64,000 nt of DNA from Octopus vulgaris (Eukaryota), in assembly GCA_951406725.2 (NCBI GenBank), contig OX597817.1, positions 75,950,001 to 76,014,000 of the forward strand, given 5' to 3'. Position numbers and translations under genes: made by a program. The notes beneath the pieces were generated by a model. That model worked only from the letters and a program-made list of their open reading frames with translations, ran no database searches and was not told where the DNA came from. This document shows, piece by piece, positions 28,775 to 42,432 of the stretch; the first letter of the stretch is position 1, and every line of letters starts with the position of its first letter.

Positions 28775-31527
28775 GCTACTGAGCAACAAAAAGAGAACAA
28801 AAATACTCCGCAAATATAACATCACAGAGAAAGATTTGCCTGAAATAAAAGAAAAGCTGAAGCAAGATATCCTTGCCAAAGCACAAAGGATCCGCCGGTA
28901 CAAGAAACGCCAACGCTTCTTTGAAGAAAACAAAAAGTTCAACTCCAACCCCAAAAAGTTCTACCAAGAACTGGGAAAAAATAAAATAGAAGTCACTGCA
29001 GCACCAACGGCAGAAGAATTGGAAGAATTCTGGAAAGAAATATAGTCGGCGAACGAACAGCCAAAAAAAAGGAGTATGAAAATAACAAACTCGGCATCTG
29101 AACAACTTTGGACCCCCCATAACAACTGAAGAGGTCACCCAGGCACTGCAAAAACTAAGCAACTGGAAGGCACCTGGGCATGACAAGATCCCCAACTTTT
29201 GGTTGAAATATCTAACAGGAATGCACAAAAAGCTGGCTGAAAACTTTAACAGCATACTAACAGAGCGAGAGACAATGCCTGAATGGCTCACGAAGGGGAA
29301 AACCATCTTAATTCCCAAATCAAATGAAACAACAAAACCAGAAAACTACAGACCAATAACCTGCCTCCCTACTATGTTCAATGCATTTACTGCAGTGATA
29401 TCGCAAAGGCTGAACAAGCACCTGGACGAAAACAAACTGTTCCCAGAAGAGCAGAAAGGATGCCGCAAGGGCTCATATGGCTGTAAAGATCAACTAATGA
29501 TTAATAAAGCCATAACTGAAGACAGCCACAGAAAGAAGAAAGGCCTCAGTATGGCCTGGATTGACTACAAAAAGGCGTTTGATAGCATCCCCCACACATG
29601 GATCCTCGAAACACTAGCCATTAACAAAGTAGCACCAACAATCATAAAATTCATAGAGCACTCTATGAATAAATGGCAAACAGTCCTACACCTCCAAACA
29701 AAAGAGGGACTCATGAAAACCAAAGACATCCCCATTAGAAGAGGAATATTCCAGGGAGACACGCTCTCTCCACTCCTTTTCTGCTTGGCACTGTCACCTC
29801 TATCTAATATGTTAAATAGAACTGGATGCGGATATAAATGTTACGGCAAAACGATCAGCCACCTTTTATATATGGATGACCTAAAACTATACGCTGCAAA
29901 TGACAAACAGCTGGAAACACTATTAAAGACAGTTCATGGATTTACCAAAGAAATAGATATGAAATTTGGATTAGAAAAATGCGCCAAAGTAACCCTGAAA
30001 AGAGGAAAACTAGATAAGAGTAACAACATCACACTAGATAAAACCAATGAAATAAAAGAATTAGACCAAAGCCAAACTTACAAATACTTAGGAATCCATG
30101 AACTAGATAAGACACAACACACACAAATGAAAGAGAAAATAAAAAAAGAATATTATAGACGAGTTAGATCAATACTAAACACAGAGCTCAATGCTAAAAA
30201 CAAGATAATAGGTATCAACACTTTAGCTGTCCCAGTTATAAGTTACAGCTACAATATCCTTAACTGGACACGAAATGAACTGACCAAAATAGATAGGAAA
30301 ACAAGAAAAATAATGACAGGATCTAGGATGCATCACCCAAAATCTGACATAGAAAGACTATATATATAACGTATAGAATGTGGTAGAGGCCTTATACAGC
30401 TGGAAAACTACTATAAAATAACCACCATAGGACTGCAAAAATATCTACTTCAGAAGGAAGGAAAACTGATCCAGATAGCGGCAAAACACGAGCAAAACAA
30501 AAAACTGTTCTCAGTATTTAAGGAAGCTGACAAATACAAACAAGAAATCATACCACCTAATAAACATGAAGAAGAAGAAGAAGATGAAGAAACAACAAAA
30601 GCTATAAAACAAATGAAATCCAAACTAAAAATAGAACAGCAACGAACCATGATAAAACGATGGCAAGAAAAGCCCCTTCATGGTAAATACTGGACTAAAC
30701 TAAACGCAAAAGAAATAGACAAAGAAAAATCCCAGCAATGGTTGAGAAGCTCAGGACTCAAAGCAGAAACAGAGGGATTTTTAATTGCAGCACAAGACCA
30801 AAGCCTCCCCACCAGAAATTACCAAAAACATGTAATGAAAAGAAATATTACAAGTAACTGCAGAATATGTGGAGATGGACAAGAAACAATAAATCATATT
30901 ATCTCTAGCTGCCCAGTCTTGGCTAAGCAGGAATACATTCACAGACATGACAGAGTTGGAACCTACATACATTGGAAGCTATGCCAACATTATGGAATAA
31001 CAACAGAAAAAAGATGGTATAGGCACACACCAGAAAAGATCACAGAAAACGAGAAAGCAACCATACTCTGGGATATGACGATACACACAGATAGAGAAAT
31101 TAAGGCCAACAGACCAGATATAGTTGTCAGAGATCATGAAGAATAAAATGCTTTCTAATTGATGTATCAATACCGGCTGATGACAACGTGTCTCTAAAAG
31201 AAATGGAGAAACTCTCAAAATACAAAGACCTGGAAATAGAGGTAACTAGAATGTGGAATCTGAAAACAGAAACAATTCCTATCATAGTAGGTGCATTAGG
31301 CATGATAAAAAAATATTCAGACAAATACGTAACAAAAACACCAGGACTTACAAAGACATATAACATACAGAAAATTGCACTACTAGGCACTGCACACATC
31401 CTACGCAGAACACTTTCCATACAATAACCATCAGAGCATCACAACAAATCACAGCACATACCCAAGGCACACAGAGCTGTGCTCGGTAGTGAAGTGAAAG
31501 CACGCTATAAAAATAAAACTACTGAAT
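28775..31527 (+). mobile_element. R4/Dong-clade LINE, subfamily B; 5'-truncated, with stops/frameshifts
   Basis: ORF 29203-30369 has RT (NYRPITCL, DYKKAFDS, GIFQGDTLSP, HLLYMDDLKLY, YKYLG). 30613-31146 has CRICGDGQETINHIISSC, RHD and RPDIVV. 31188-31427 ends ...GTAHILRRTLSIQ. Flanked by (AAT)n on both sides. Confidence 0.94.
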
Positions 31528-31548
31528 AATAATAATAATAATAATAAT

Positions 31549-33051
31549 ATTTAGGGATAAATGAAGGCTCTGGTATTCAGCATGCAAGCATGAAAGAGAA
31601 AATCAGGAAGGAATGTTATAGGAGAGTTCGTGCAGTCCTGAAATCTGAACTAAATGCACTTAACAAGGTGTTAGCTATAAATTCCTTAGCAGTTCCAGTT
31701 GTTACTTATAGCTACAATGTGTTGAACTGGAATATGAGTGAAGTAAAGAATATAGATAGGAAAATACGCAAGCTGCTGAGTTGTAATAGGATGCACCACC
31801 CAAAGGCAGACGTAGATCGCCTTTACCTTCCCAGAGCCCAAGGAGGTCGAGGCCTGATCCAATTTGAACTAGCTTACAAAACAACCACAATTGGACTGGC
31901 CAAATATCTCGAAATATCGAATGACTGGATGCTAAAGCTCGTGGAAAATCACGAGAGACGAAAGAAGCTTCATTCTATCATAAAGGAAAGCAAAAAATTT
32001 GCTATTGATCTCGTGCAGGATACCCAAACTGAACAACCCGAGGGAAGTACGGCAACTATTGTTGCAAAGAAGGTGAAAATGATGACAATGAAAAAAGCGC
32101 ACGAGCAATTGGCTGATAGGTGGGAGGAGAAACCTCTGCACGGCAAATATGTGACCCGCAGCAAACAAGCTGATGTTGACCAGAAGCAAACCCATCAGTG
32201 GCTACAGAGCTCAGGGCTAAAAGCAGAGAGCGAAGGTTTCATCCTCGCTGCTCAAGATCAAAGCCTATTAACCCGGAACTACCAGGCCAATGTAATGAAA
32301 AATGGAGCAGACCCAAAATGCCGATTCTGCAACGACATGATTGAAACAGTGGACCACCTAATCTCTGGATGTAAAGTCTTAGCACCAGTGGTGTATAAAT
32401 TAAGACATGACAGAGTTGGCCAATATCTCCACTGGCTAATAAGTCGGCATTACAATATCAAAACTGCCGACAAGTGGTATAATCACCACCCTGAGGCTGT
32501 AACTGAAGGAGAAAATGTAACCATTCTGTGGGACTTTCCAGTACATACAGACCGAACCATCAAGGCCAATAAACCAGATATTGTTGTGAAAGACCAAAAC
32601 AATAAAGTTTGCTTATTGATCGACATGAGCATCCCCTGTGATCATAATATCTCAGCAAAAGAGTTTGACAAGCTCAGAAAATATAAAGACCTACTCATTG
32701 AAATTGAGAAAATGTGGCATCTCAAGGCGGTTACAATACCAGTGATCGTAGGAGCACTAGGAATGATCAAGAAGGGAACCGAAAATTATATGAGAATGAT
32801 CCCTGGCTTACCATCCCTGCAAGAAGTGCAAAAGATTGTCTTAACTGGTACATCACACGTATTGAGAAGAGCATTGTCGATGTGAGAACTGTTGCTGCTC
32901 ATGTATTTTAATTTAACTTAAAAAAAAAAAAAATGAACGAATTACTGAGTTTGGTTTAATGGCCTACCGATGTATACTATGAGTTCCTTTGCCCTAGGAG
33001 TCGGGAAGACGCTCGGCAAGAAATGGAAGCAAATTTGAAAGAAGAAAAAAA

Positions 33052-33052
<1 letters not shown>
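31549..33052 (+). mobile_element. R4/Dong-clade LINE, subfamily C (related to A); 3' 1.5 kb with an uninterrupted 431-aa ORF
   Basis: ORF 31590-32885 encodes the thumb region, CRFCNDMIETVDHLISGC, RHD, KPDIVVKD..LIDMSIP and KLRKY. Starts at a YLG codon run directly after (AAT)n and ends in (AAT)n at 33053. Confidence 0.94.
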
Positions 33053-33124
<72 letters not shown>

Positions 33125-33304
33125 TAACAATATACTGGAAAAAAAAAAGGCATCGGAGAGGCGATGCATACCTTGCACACATAATTTTTTTTGTAAATTA
33201 TAGTGTGGCTTACAATGCGTTGCTCATCCAGGTATTTTAATTGAACTGAATTGGGTTTTTTTTAAGTATCACAATTATATTTATTTATACTCCACTGAAT
33301 TAAG

Positions 33305-33835
33305 AAACCCTCGAATCCATCACTTTACACACACATACACACATACACACACACACGCACACACACAGTCACATATGTATGTATGTACTCACACGTTTCT
33401 ACGCGCATGATCTATACACACGCAGACGATGGTCACTTCATATGAAATAAAATATGAACAAAATAATATGACCATTTACTCATCGGGAAATTTTAAAGTT
33501 CAATTTTATTTCATTTCTTTTATTTATATAGGTTTTGTTAAGTATTATCATTATAGGTAATTATACTCCGGTGAAATTAAGAAATCAACTCGTAAATAAA
33601 CGAAACACTCGAATCCATCACTTTACACACACGAACGAGTACACACACACACAGTCGCATATGTTTGTATGTATGTATGTATGTATGTATGTATGTATGT
33701 ACCCACACATGTCTACGCGCATAGGTACAACATGATCTACAAAGACGCAGACGCAGGTCGATTCATATGGAAAATAAAATGAAGAAAGCAACATAATCGC
33801 TTGCTTATCGGGAAATTTGTAAGTTCGATTTTTTT
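33305..33835 (+). repeat. Local ~300-bp tandem duplication
   Basis: ctcgaatccatcactttacacacac..tctacgcgcat..gcagacg..atcgggaaattt at 33305-33510 and 33602-33835. Confidence 0.75.
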
Positions 33836-34049
33836 AAAAAAGTTAAATTTTTTTTTTTAAAGATAATCAATCAGAATGATCGTCATTTCAAGCCACTCAC
33901 CCAATGAGTATTTCTGCCAAAATTACTGAAAATCCGTTCAGCCTTTTTCCAGGATTTTTGCCAACACAGGAATTTCAGTACCCTGCTTTCGCTTACACGT
34001 GCAGGGTAATATTAATAAGCATCAACTTAGGTGAGGAAGATCGAAAGAA

Positions 34050-34770
34050 TTTAGATGAGCTGAAGGAAGCAACGAGAAAAAAGAAAGAAAAAGATTAGCA
34101 GTATTAAACATATTAATAAAAGGAAGTTACTAGACGCTACAAGGAAAGTAGATCCTGTTTATCAGTAGGATAGATACTAAAAATATAGGTGACACCAACT
34201 TATTGATTTATCCAGGAGGGGTAGTATTTACTAGGAGAATAGGTATCCTTCAAGGAAAGGACAGGAAGGAGCAGATGTGGAACCAGATATTATAAAATAA
34301 AATGGAGACTTTATGACAAAACATGAGTATAACAGAAGCCTGAAAACAGGACAAATTAGAATATACAATATTTAAATCTTCTCTTGAGAAAAAATGCTTT
34401 GTCAAAGAGAAGGCGTATAATAGCAATAGAAGGTGAAATTTCCAGATATCAGTACAGAATAAATCAGTATTAACAGAACAGATTGTTAGAGCTGGACCGG
34501 AGGAGATTTTCTCGCCAAATAAATTGGATAAAAGCGACTACTGAAGATGAGAAGCTTAATGCTGAGGAAGCTAGAAAGTTCTGGAGTGATATTTGGGATA
34601 AGCCAGTTAACCATAATGGAGATGCATCATGGTTAAAGAAAGTGAGGGAAAAAGTATTTAGTGAGATGCAACCAAATCTAAAGCTAACTAGCGCATTAAA
34701 GAATAAAGTGTTAGGAAGAATGCTGATGTTAGGAATATTTTTCCAACAGTCTAATCTGTTGTGCGCAAAT
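34050..34770 (+). mobile_element. Decayed Dong/R4-like LINE fragment (region N-terminal to RT)
   Basis: SRYQYRINQY*QNRLLELDRRRF..AEEARKFWSDIWDKPVNHNGDASWLKKV parallels RIRRFEKRIKFYKQNKMF..ENFWKGIW..NAEWI in copy A; followed by an AAT run. Confidence 0.7.
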
Positions 34771-34959
34771 GAAATAATAATAATAATAATGATTATCATT
34801 ATTATATCTTTTATTTGCGAGAAGATCCCAATACATTAAGAACTGCATCAAATGATGAAAGACAGCTCAAGAAAATTAGGGCTTCCATCAAAAGAAAAAT
34901 AAGGATATAACAAAAGATATAAAAACAGAACTCAGAAAAATAGATAAATAGAATCTCCA

Positions 34960-36012
34960 GCAACAGGACAGTATACGTTGTGTTATTCGAACAAATCCCC
35001 AAGGCAAAGCCCAGTGTAACTCTGTCGTTTCCAAGACATCGGAAACCCCCTTTTCCACTTCCTTTCCTCCTATTCACGTACCAATACATCATTAAAGACG
35101 GTTTCCTGTGAACACTACGAAGAATGTTGTTGGCAGCGGATGGAATTCCTGATCAGTGAAATATGACTCTTTCATAGGAGTCGGAAAACAAACGAGCCAA
35201 TCTGGTTAGAGTTTACTTGGGTCGAGGTACGACTTTCAGGCGGCTGTACACCACCAATACAATGTATGAATTCACTACTTCCACTCGGCCTTTCAGAGAC
35301 AGCCTACACTCAGTCCATTTCTGTGTAAGACTGGAAACCCCGCTCATTACCTCACACAAGTTCTTATCCATCTGGTCCGAACTAGATTCCAAGCACTTTC
35401 ACTGGACCCTCAGTCCAGCGACAGAAATAGACTACTGGTCAAGATGTACTTGCCTTTCCATATTCCTAGTCGCAAATTCAACGATTTGTCCTTGTTTATG
35501 TGCTTCTGTACATATTCAGTATTCTCTTAGTACGGTGTCGATTGCTACTTTATCCGAGGTGTCCAATACTGTAACAGTGACGTCATCAGTGTATGCAAAC
35601 ACTGTGACCTAATTCCAGCGAAATACCACTGAAACTTTCCAGCCTTCGAAGTAAAGTTTCGAATACCAGAACATATAAGAAGGACGTGAGGAAAGTCCTT
35701 GGCGGACCGAACGTTAAATGCTGAAATATTCCGAAAGGTGGTTGTTTAATTTCACCACTAAGAACACACCGCTGTACATTGTGGTGAGATAGAATATAAA
35801 GACGGAATGGAAATCTTAGGACAACTGTCTGATAGCTACAGTCTACCATGCCAAATGCCTAACATTGCTACAATCTTATTTCACAAAGCTTTCGTGGATA
35901 GACCTGCTGGGGATCGCACAGATTTTCACATTTGCCACTACACTGTCGACCGTGATAGCACTTTGGTGAACGTTTTTAGTAGAGTTATGGATCTCAAATT
36001 TTCAACCACGAC
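34960..36012 (-). mobile_element. Decayed L1/Tx1-like LINE RT fragment
   Basis: Minus strand gives NLRSITLL (NxRPITLL), FLYVLVFETLLRRLE (LSPLLY.L..EPL), VFAYTDDVTV (YADD) and PVKVLGI; many disablements. Confidence 0.7.
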
Positions 36013-36013
36013 C

Positions 36014-36052
<39 letters not shown>

Positions 36053-36270
36053 GTAGTAGTTTCAAATTCTGCCACAAGCGCAGTCATTTTGGAGTCGGGG
36101 GAATAAGGCGATTACATTGACCCCAGTGTTTCACTGGTTCTAAATTTATCGACCTCGAAAGAATGAAAGGCAATGTCGAACTCGACGGAATTTGGACTCA
36201 AAGCGTGAGACGGGCAATGTGCCGCTAAAGATTTTGCCCGGCATATTAGCTATCCTCCAGCACGCCACCC

Positions 36271-36341
<71 letters not shown>

Positions 36342-36670
36342 GATGATGATGATGATGATGATGAAGATGATGATGAAGATGATAACAACATGAAAAATAA
36401 TAATAGCTGTTTTTGCATTTTAAGTATTTCAGAAATTTACAATGCCAAAAGGAATTGCTGCTCTATTGTCCATATTTTTCTGGTTTTCATTTCATTATCT
36501 TACATAATCTTTGTTACTGTAAGAACCTTTTCAATAGCAAAATCAGAAGTATTATTTGTCTAGGTATATATTTAGAGAGAATATATTAATATATTCCGAT
36601 ATTGCTTTACTTAACAAATATATTAATATACACAAAGAAATTCTCTAAATCGCAGTGTGTGCATATGGGG

Positions 36671-36764
<94 letters not shown>

Positions 36765-36796
36765 TCAATAGATATAACTACAGAAAATAATACATC

Positions 36797-36852
<56 letters not shown>

Positions 36853-37077
36853 CGAGCGCATGTGGATCTGCATGTGTGTATGTGTTTATGTGTTTGTGTA
36901 TATGTATTTAGATATGCATTGATTTTATAATCATGTGGTATGAAAGCAGAAATGGAGTTGATATTTCAAAGAAAAGAAGTAGAATGAGAAAAAGAAGGAG
37001 CAACAAAATGATATGTTTACGTGGAAGTATGTATGTGACAGTCTCTCTCTATGTATATAAACATACAAAAACACAGA

Positions 37078-37129
<52 letters not shown>

Positions 37130-37387
37130 CACGCATACTGTACTGACTAACATTTGTTGGCTGTTTACTCCTGGTGATGGGCTTTGTACCTGAAATACAA
37201 AAAGGTTATTAATATTTGGCATTGCAAGATACTCCCCGTCTTCAGGCTTTTGCTATTCTGCTTCTTATTCACAATGCTTCAAACCAGCTACAATGTTCTT
37301 CTTTCATTCGTTCATTCACATACATACATAAATACATACATACATACATACAAACATACATATATACATACTTACATATATACATAC

Positions 37388-37484
<97 letters not shown>

Positions 37485-37890
37485 GTATGTATGTATATTC
37501 AGCAACGATATTCTATAGCATAAATTTTCGAGTATACAAATATGCAGGCGAGCGTCGTCGTCGCACAACCAATATATATACACACTCGTAGAAATATACA
37601 CCAAAGTAGAATTCACATCTCTCTTTTACAACCACGTGTAGAATGCCGAGACATACTCTGCAGTTAATGAAGTTTTGATGAATGAGTAAATTTTTCAAAT
37701 ATTAATTATAACAACCAAGTGTGTTATTTTCGAGAATTTTAAGGCGGTAATAGTGTCTTTTTGGCGTCTATTTTTCCAGCGCGTGGAGAAGCTTCTGGGC
37801 AATCCCTTGTTATAATTTTGTATATAATTATAAAATATTTGTAAAGTTTACTTATAAGGTTTTTATTTCCACGCTGACCCCCTGGTAAAA

Positions 37891-37977
37891 CCATTAATGA
37901 TTTTTACCCTATATTATTATTATAATGTATATATACATACTTATTATAATAATAATAAAGGGTAAAAATCATTAATG

Positions 37978-37978
<1 letters not shown>
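37891..37978. repeat. AT-rich hairpin
   Basis: cattaatgatttttaccct..ttattattataat / attataataataataaagggtaaaaatcattaatg. Confidence 0.75.
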
Positions 37979-38039
<61 letters not shown>

Positions 38040-38043
<4 letters not shown>

Positions 38044-38432
38044 ATTTCGGGATGGTCATTTTTTGGCTAAATAAACACACACACCATATATTTGTTCTTC
38101 ATTCGTTTATTACTCTTCTTATTCTAGCTCGTGTCCATTGTCTGGAAATCTTTCGTCGCACATCTGTGACCTCTTTCGCTTTCGTGTATACTCTTGCTCC
38201 ACTTCCTCCATTTTATTCTTCTATGATGTGTTTCAGGGAAGAGCAGAATGGAGTAGGTGGAGAAAGAGTGCACGCGAAAACGAAAAGTGTCGCAGAAGAG
38301 GTCGCAGATGTGTGACGAAAGTTTTCCAGACAATGGACATAAGTTAGAATAAGAACAGTGTCAAACAAGGGAAGAATAAATGTCTAGTGCGTGTGTTTAT
38401 CTTGCCCCCAAAATGACCGTCCCAAAATACAA
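38040..38432. repeat. ~390-bp imperfect palindrome (two inverted pLTR-like arms) next to (TA)n, with decayed hammerhead motifs
   Basis: ttgtatttcgggatggtcattt..gtccattgtctggaaatctttcgtcgcacatctgtgacctc pairs with gaggtcgcagatgtgtgacgaaagttttccagacaatggac..aaatgaccgtcccaaaatacaa; centre ~38228. Confidence 0.85.
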
Positions 38433-39084
38433 TGTTTGAACGCACGATTTCACATCAGGAGTCTGGCAACACAAATTCATAAACGTATATATATAAGATA
38501 TAATATATAAGATAATAATAAAGACTGATAAAAGAATTATATGCAATATCGCTTTTCACTCTTTGAAAAACAAAATTCTCCACAGAAGAAAGATGGATAT
38601 GTTTGGAAAGGAGCAGCAACTCTCTTTCGCCCTCTGCCTCTACCACAGTATATACAGTTTCTTCTGTGACCACCACATGCACGCGCACACACGCACACAT
38701 ATACACACATACTCACACTCACATGTGTGTGTGTATGGAAGCGTATGCGCGTGTACATGCACATAGACGACCGGTTAGATAATTCCCTTTACAAAGCAGC
38801 AGTCAACCTGAGTCAACAGTAGAAGATACTTGTCCAAGTTACCGCATTTTGAGATCAAACCCGTAACCACTGCGAAGCGAACTTCTGAATATCGCAGCCT
38901 GTTCTAAACATTTCTGAACGTGCAATAACTTTAATATTCTCCTGTTTACATAAATAATAACTTAATTAACTTCATTAGCTTTTGGTAATATTTACTAGAA
39001 ATTAAGGAAGACTAGCTTTAGGAAATATTTACTAGGAATTAGAAAACTTTCGCTTCAGGCAATAGTTGCATAAATAACGGCTTA

Positions 39085-39657
39085 ATTAACTTTATGTTGT
39101 ATATACCCGTAATTATGGTGTTTGTATAATTGTAGTAGGTAATAACTCTAGTGTATGTTGTTGGTGTTGTTGAGAGCAATATGGTACATAAGAGAGCAGA
39201 TTAATGATCGGAGACATTCTAGCCATGCCCTTCCAAACAGTATTCTGCAATATGTCCTTTTAAGGTCATAGGATGTGATTTGGGGGAGATTCGATTACTT
39301 CCAGAATTCCCTAAATTGCTGTATTATTGCTGTTGCTTTTGTCTTTATTCAAAACCTAAATTGTTTTTTATGGAAACGACCAGTGGTTTTTAACGCGGGT
39401 CTAGTTGGCCCTTGGGGTCCAGTTGGCTGTTGGGATCGATATAAGATTTTGTTAAAATTTATGAGCAATAAATTACTTACTCTTTTAATTGTTTCTGTCA
39501 TTTGACTGCAGCCATGCTGGAGCACCGCCTTTAGTCGTTCAAATCGACCCCGGGACTTATTCTTTGTAAGCCTAGTACTTATTCTATCGTTCTGTTTTGC
39601 CGAACCGTTAAGTTACGGGGACGTAAACACACCAGCATCGGTTGTCAAGTGATGTTG

Positions 39658-39693
<36 letters not shown>

Positions 39694-39990
39694 TATATAC
39701 ATATATATATATATGACGGGCTTCTTTTTGTTTCTGTCTACCAAATCCACCTACAAGGCTTTGGTCGGCCGCAGGCTATAGACACTTGCCCCAGGTGCCA
39801 TGCAGTGGGACTGAACCCAGAACCATGTGGTTGGTAAGGAAGCTACTTACCACACAGCTACTCCTGCGCCTACTTAACTAGTTTTATGTAGTATGTACCC
39901 GTAATTATCGTATTTGTATAATTGTAGTAGATGTTCTATCAACTCTGAGTATGTTGTTGTTGTTCGTGTTACTGAGAGCCTACAGTACAC
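39085..39990 (+). repeat. ~105-bp direct repeat pair (39085-39190, 39875-39990)
   Basis: tacccgtaattat.gt.tttgtataattgtagtag..aactct..gtatgttgttg..tgagagc in both. Confidence 0.7.
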
Positions 39991-40146
39991 CAAATATTTT
40001 AACAATTTTTAAAAATATAATTCCCAATAATACGTAATTATTAAAATATAATAGGATTTCTTTAAACATCGAATGGTCATGGGGGTCCATTTGAAGAAAA
40101 TGGAAATCAAAGGAGTCCATAACAAAAAAATGGTTGAGAGCCACTG
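39381..40146. mobile_element. Possible hAT(Charlie)-like MITE interrupted by a SINE
   Basis: Ends cagtggtttttaac / gttgagagccactg with subterminal ggggtcc motifs; no clear 8-bp TSD. Confidence 0.4.
39478..39871 (-). mobile_element. tRNA-derived SINE, same family as 10701
   Basis: Reverse complement of the full element; possible tactta TSD. Confidence 0.85.
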
Positions 40147-40999
40147 GAACAGGATTTTGATCAAAGGCAGCCTTTCCATGACCTTCCTGCTTTTCATACG
40201 GACATTATATCTAGAAATAGATTATCTACTGTCTCTTTTCTTTTTTCAAAAACAGTAGGATATGATTCAAGAGACGACTTGCGGCAAATTCTAGAAGAGT
40301 TTTTCTGTGTAATCTACAGGAATAGACTTTCTCTTTCATTCTTTTTGGGAGTGATATAAAGTGATTGCATGATACTATAGTGTATTTTATTGAGTCTACA
40401 AATGTGCGTAGCCTACCCTGGTGCAAATGTCAGGAAATAATATTTTTACTGGTTCTATTTTTATTTGTATAAAGGACGTGTGTGCATGGCTGTATCAAAT
40501 CGTATGAGAAATAAAAATAGGATACTTACTGCATCAAGATACAGTATATAATAAAGCAGCTAATATCATACTGCACTGCCTGCAATATTTCCATCATATC
40601 ACTTAGGTCAGCAATTATGATTCCTCTCCTTAGAAGCAGACTCTTTAATCTATTTTCGATCGTAATTATGTTTTATGGATCATCCGCGATTCTGAAAGTG
40701 AGTGGTCGCAGAACATACGGATATCCCTGGAAGTACACCTAAGGCAATTACACAGAAATATTTCCTGTTTACGGTTACATTTTACACTCGTTCTTTTTTT
40801 CCGTATCTTTATTTCACAGAGAACTAGTTGCTAGCTGCAACGAACTTCTAATTAGTTTTAAAACACTTTCATTAAAGTAATGGCTCGATTTGAAGAATTT
40901 AGTGTGAGAAAAGTTGTAAACTAAGTTAACAGGTACATTATTTACATTAATTACATTATTTACATTCGACGGATATTTGTCCTCATCATGTTTGTTGTT

Positions 41000-41044
41000 A
41001 ACACAACGTTTCGGCTGATATACCTCCAGCCTTCTTCAGGTATT
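41000..41044 (-). ncRNA. Minimal hammerhead ribozyme in a short PLE-like remnant (~40930-41080)
   Basis: Minus strand aatac-CTGAAGA-a-ggctg..cagcc-GAAA-cg-TT-gtgtt; palindromic ACGU helix III; helix I has one GU pair. Confidence 0.65.
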
Positions 41045-41330
41045 TTGGTGAAATTTCGAACCTGGGTTCTCATTCCTAAGAGAGAAAGAGAGAGAGAGAG
41101 AGAGAGGTGGGGAGAAAGAGAGGGACGAGCGAGAGGGATAGAGAAAGAAAGAGAAAGAAGGAGGGAGGAGACAGCGCGCAACTTAACATCTCATCTGTTG
41201 ATTAAAGATGCACTCAATCAGGGTTCATTGGTTGAGCATCGGGGTCTTCTCAATTAAGGCTCAACTGGTTGATCATCAGTTACTTAGCTCACTGTGAGTT
41301 AAACAACAATAACACTGGGGCAGTGTGAAC

Positions 41331-41375
41331 CTACTACTACTACTACTGCTGCTGCTTCTACTGGTGCTACTGGTG

Positions 41376-41433
<58 letters not shown>

Positions 41434-41435
41434 AG

Positions 41436-41511
<76 letters not shown>
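41331..41511. repeat. (CTA)n/(CTG)n compound microsatellite
   Basis: Seen directly. Confidence 0.97.
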
Positions 41512-41513
<2 letters not shown>

Positions 41514-41882
41514 GGTCGTTATTGTTATGGCGAACGAAAAATTTTGATATGTAGATTATCTTCCACAACACTTGAGAGCAGAACTGTTTTGTCGATAGTT
41601 CGTACATCAGCTGGTAAGTTGGTAATTTCAACCAATTACGTTTCTCTATTGCTACGCTCAGGCAGAATAAGAGGTGATGCTGACAAATTGTAGATCGATA
41701 ATTTTGGGATTATGGTTGAAATTGTAAGATGTAAATTCGAAAATTTAAAGTACGTTAATCTTCGTATTCTTCATAATTATTTTAGCCTCAGGATTTGAAA
41801 GCTGGCTTTTGATGGGTGCGGAAAACATATTTATCTGATCTGCAGGCACTTTTAGATCCTTGGTATCGCGTATATACATATC

Positions 41883-41917
<35 letters not shown>

Positions 41918-42396
41918 ATGTATGTATGTATGTATGTATGTATGCATGTATGCATGTATGTATGCATGTATGTATTAATGCATTTGTATATGTATCAATG
42001 TAAGAAATGTAAGTATGTATATGTATACATGTATATACGTATGTCTGTCTGTCTGCCTGTCTGTCTGCCTGTCTGTCTGTCTGTTTGTCTGTCCGTCTGT
42101 ATGTATGTGTATATATATATATACACGCGCACGCATCCATTTCTAAGTAAGATTGTTCTTAATATAAGGTAGTTAATAAAAATTATTTAGATAATATTAA
42201 CATAATCTCGAAAAAATTATGATCAAATATGGTGTTGAAAATAGAACTGAACCATATGTCTCGATGTATCCAAAAATAACGATTAAAGACCATAAGGATA
42301 ATTTTTACTAAAACCCCTAAGTAAGGCTAGTATGCCCTAGCAAGTCAGATATAGGCAGACTTAGTAAATTAATATTAGATAAATATATAGTTAAAT

Positions 42397-42432
<36 letters not shown>

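Noticed and set aside
28776-29318. 180-aa minus-strand ORF and other antisense ORFs over the Dong copies
   Set aside because: Shadow frames of A-rich LINE coding sequence.
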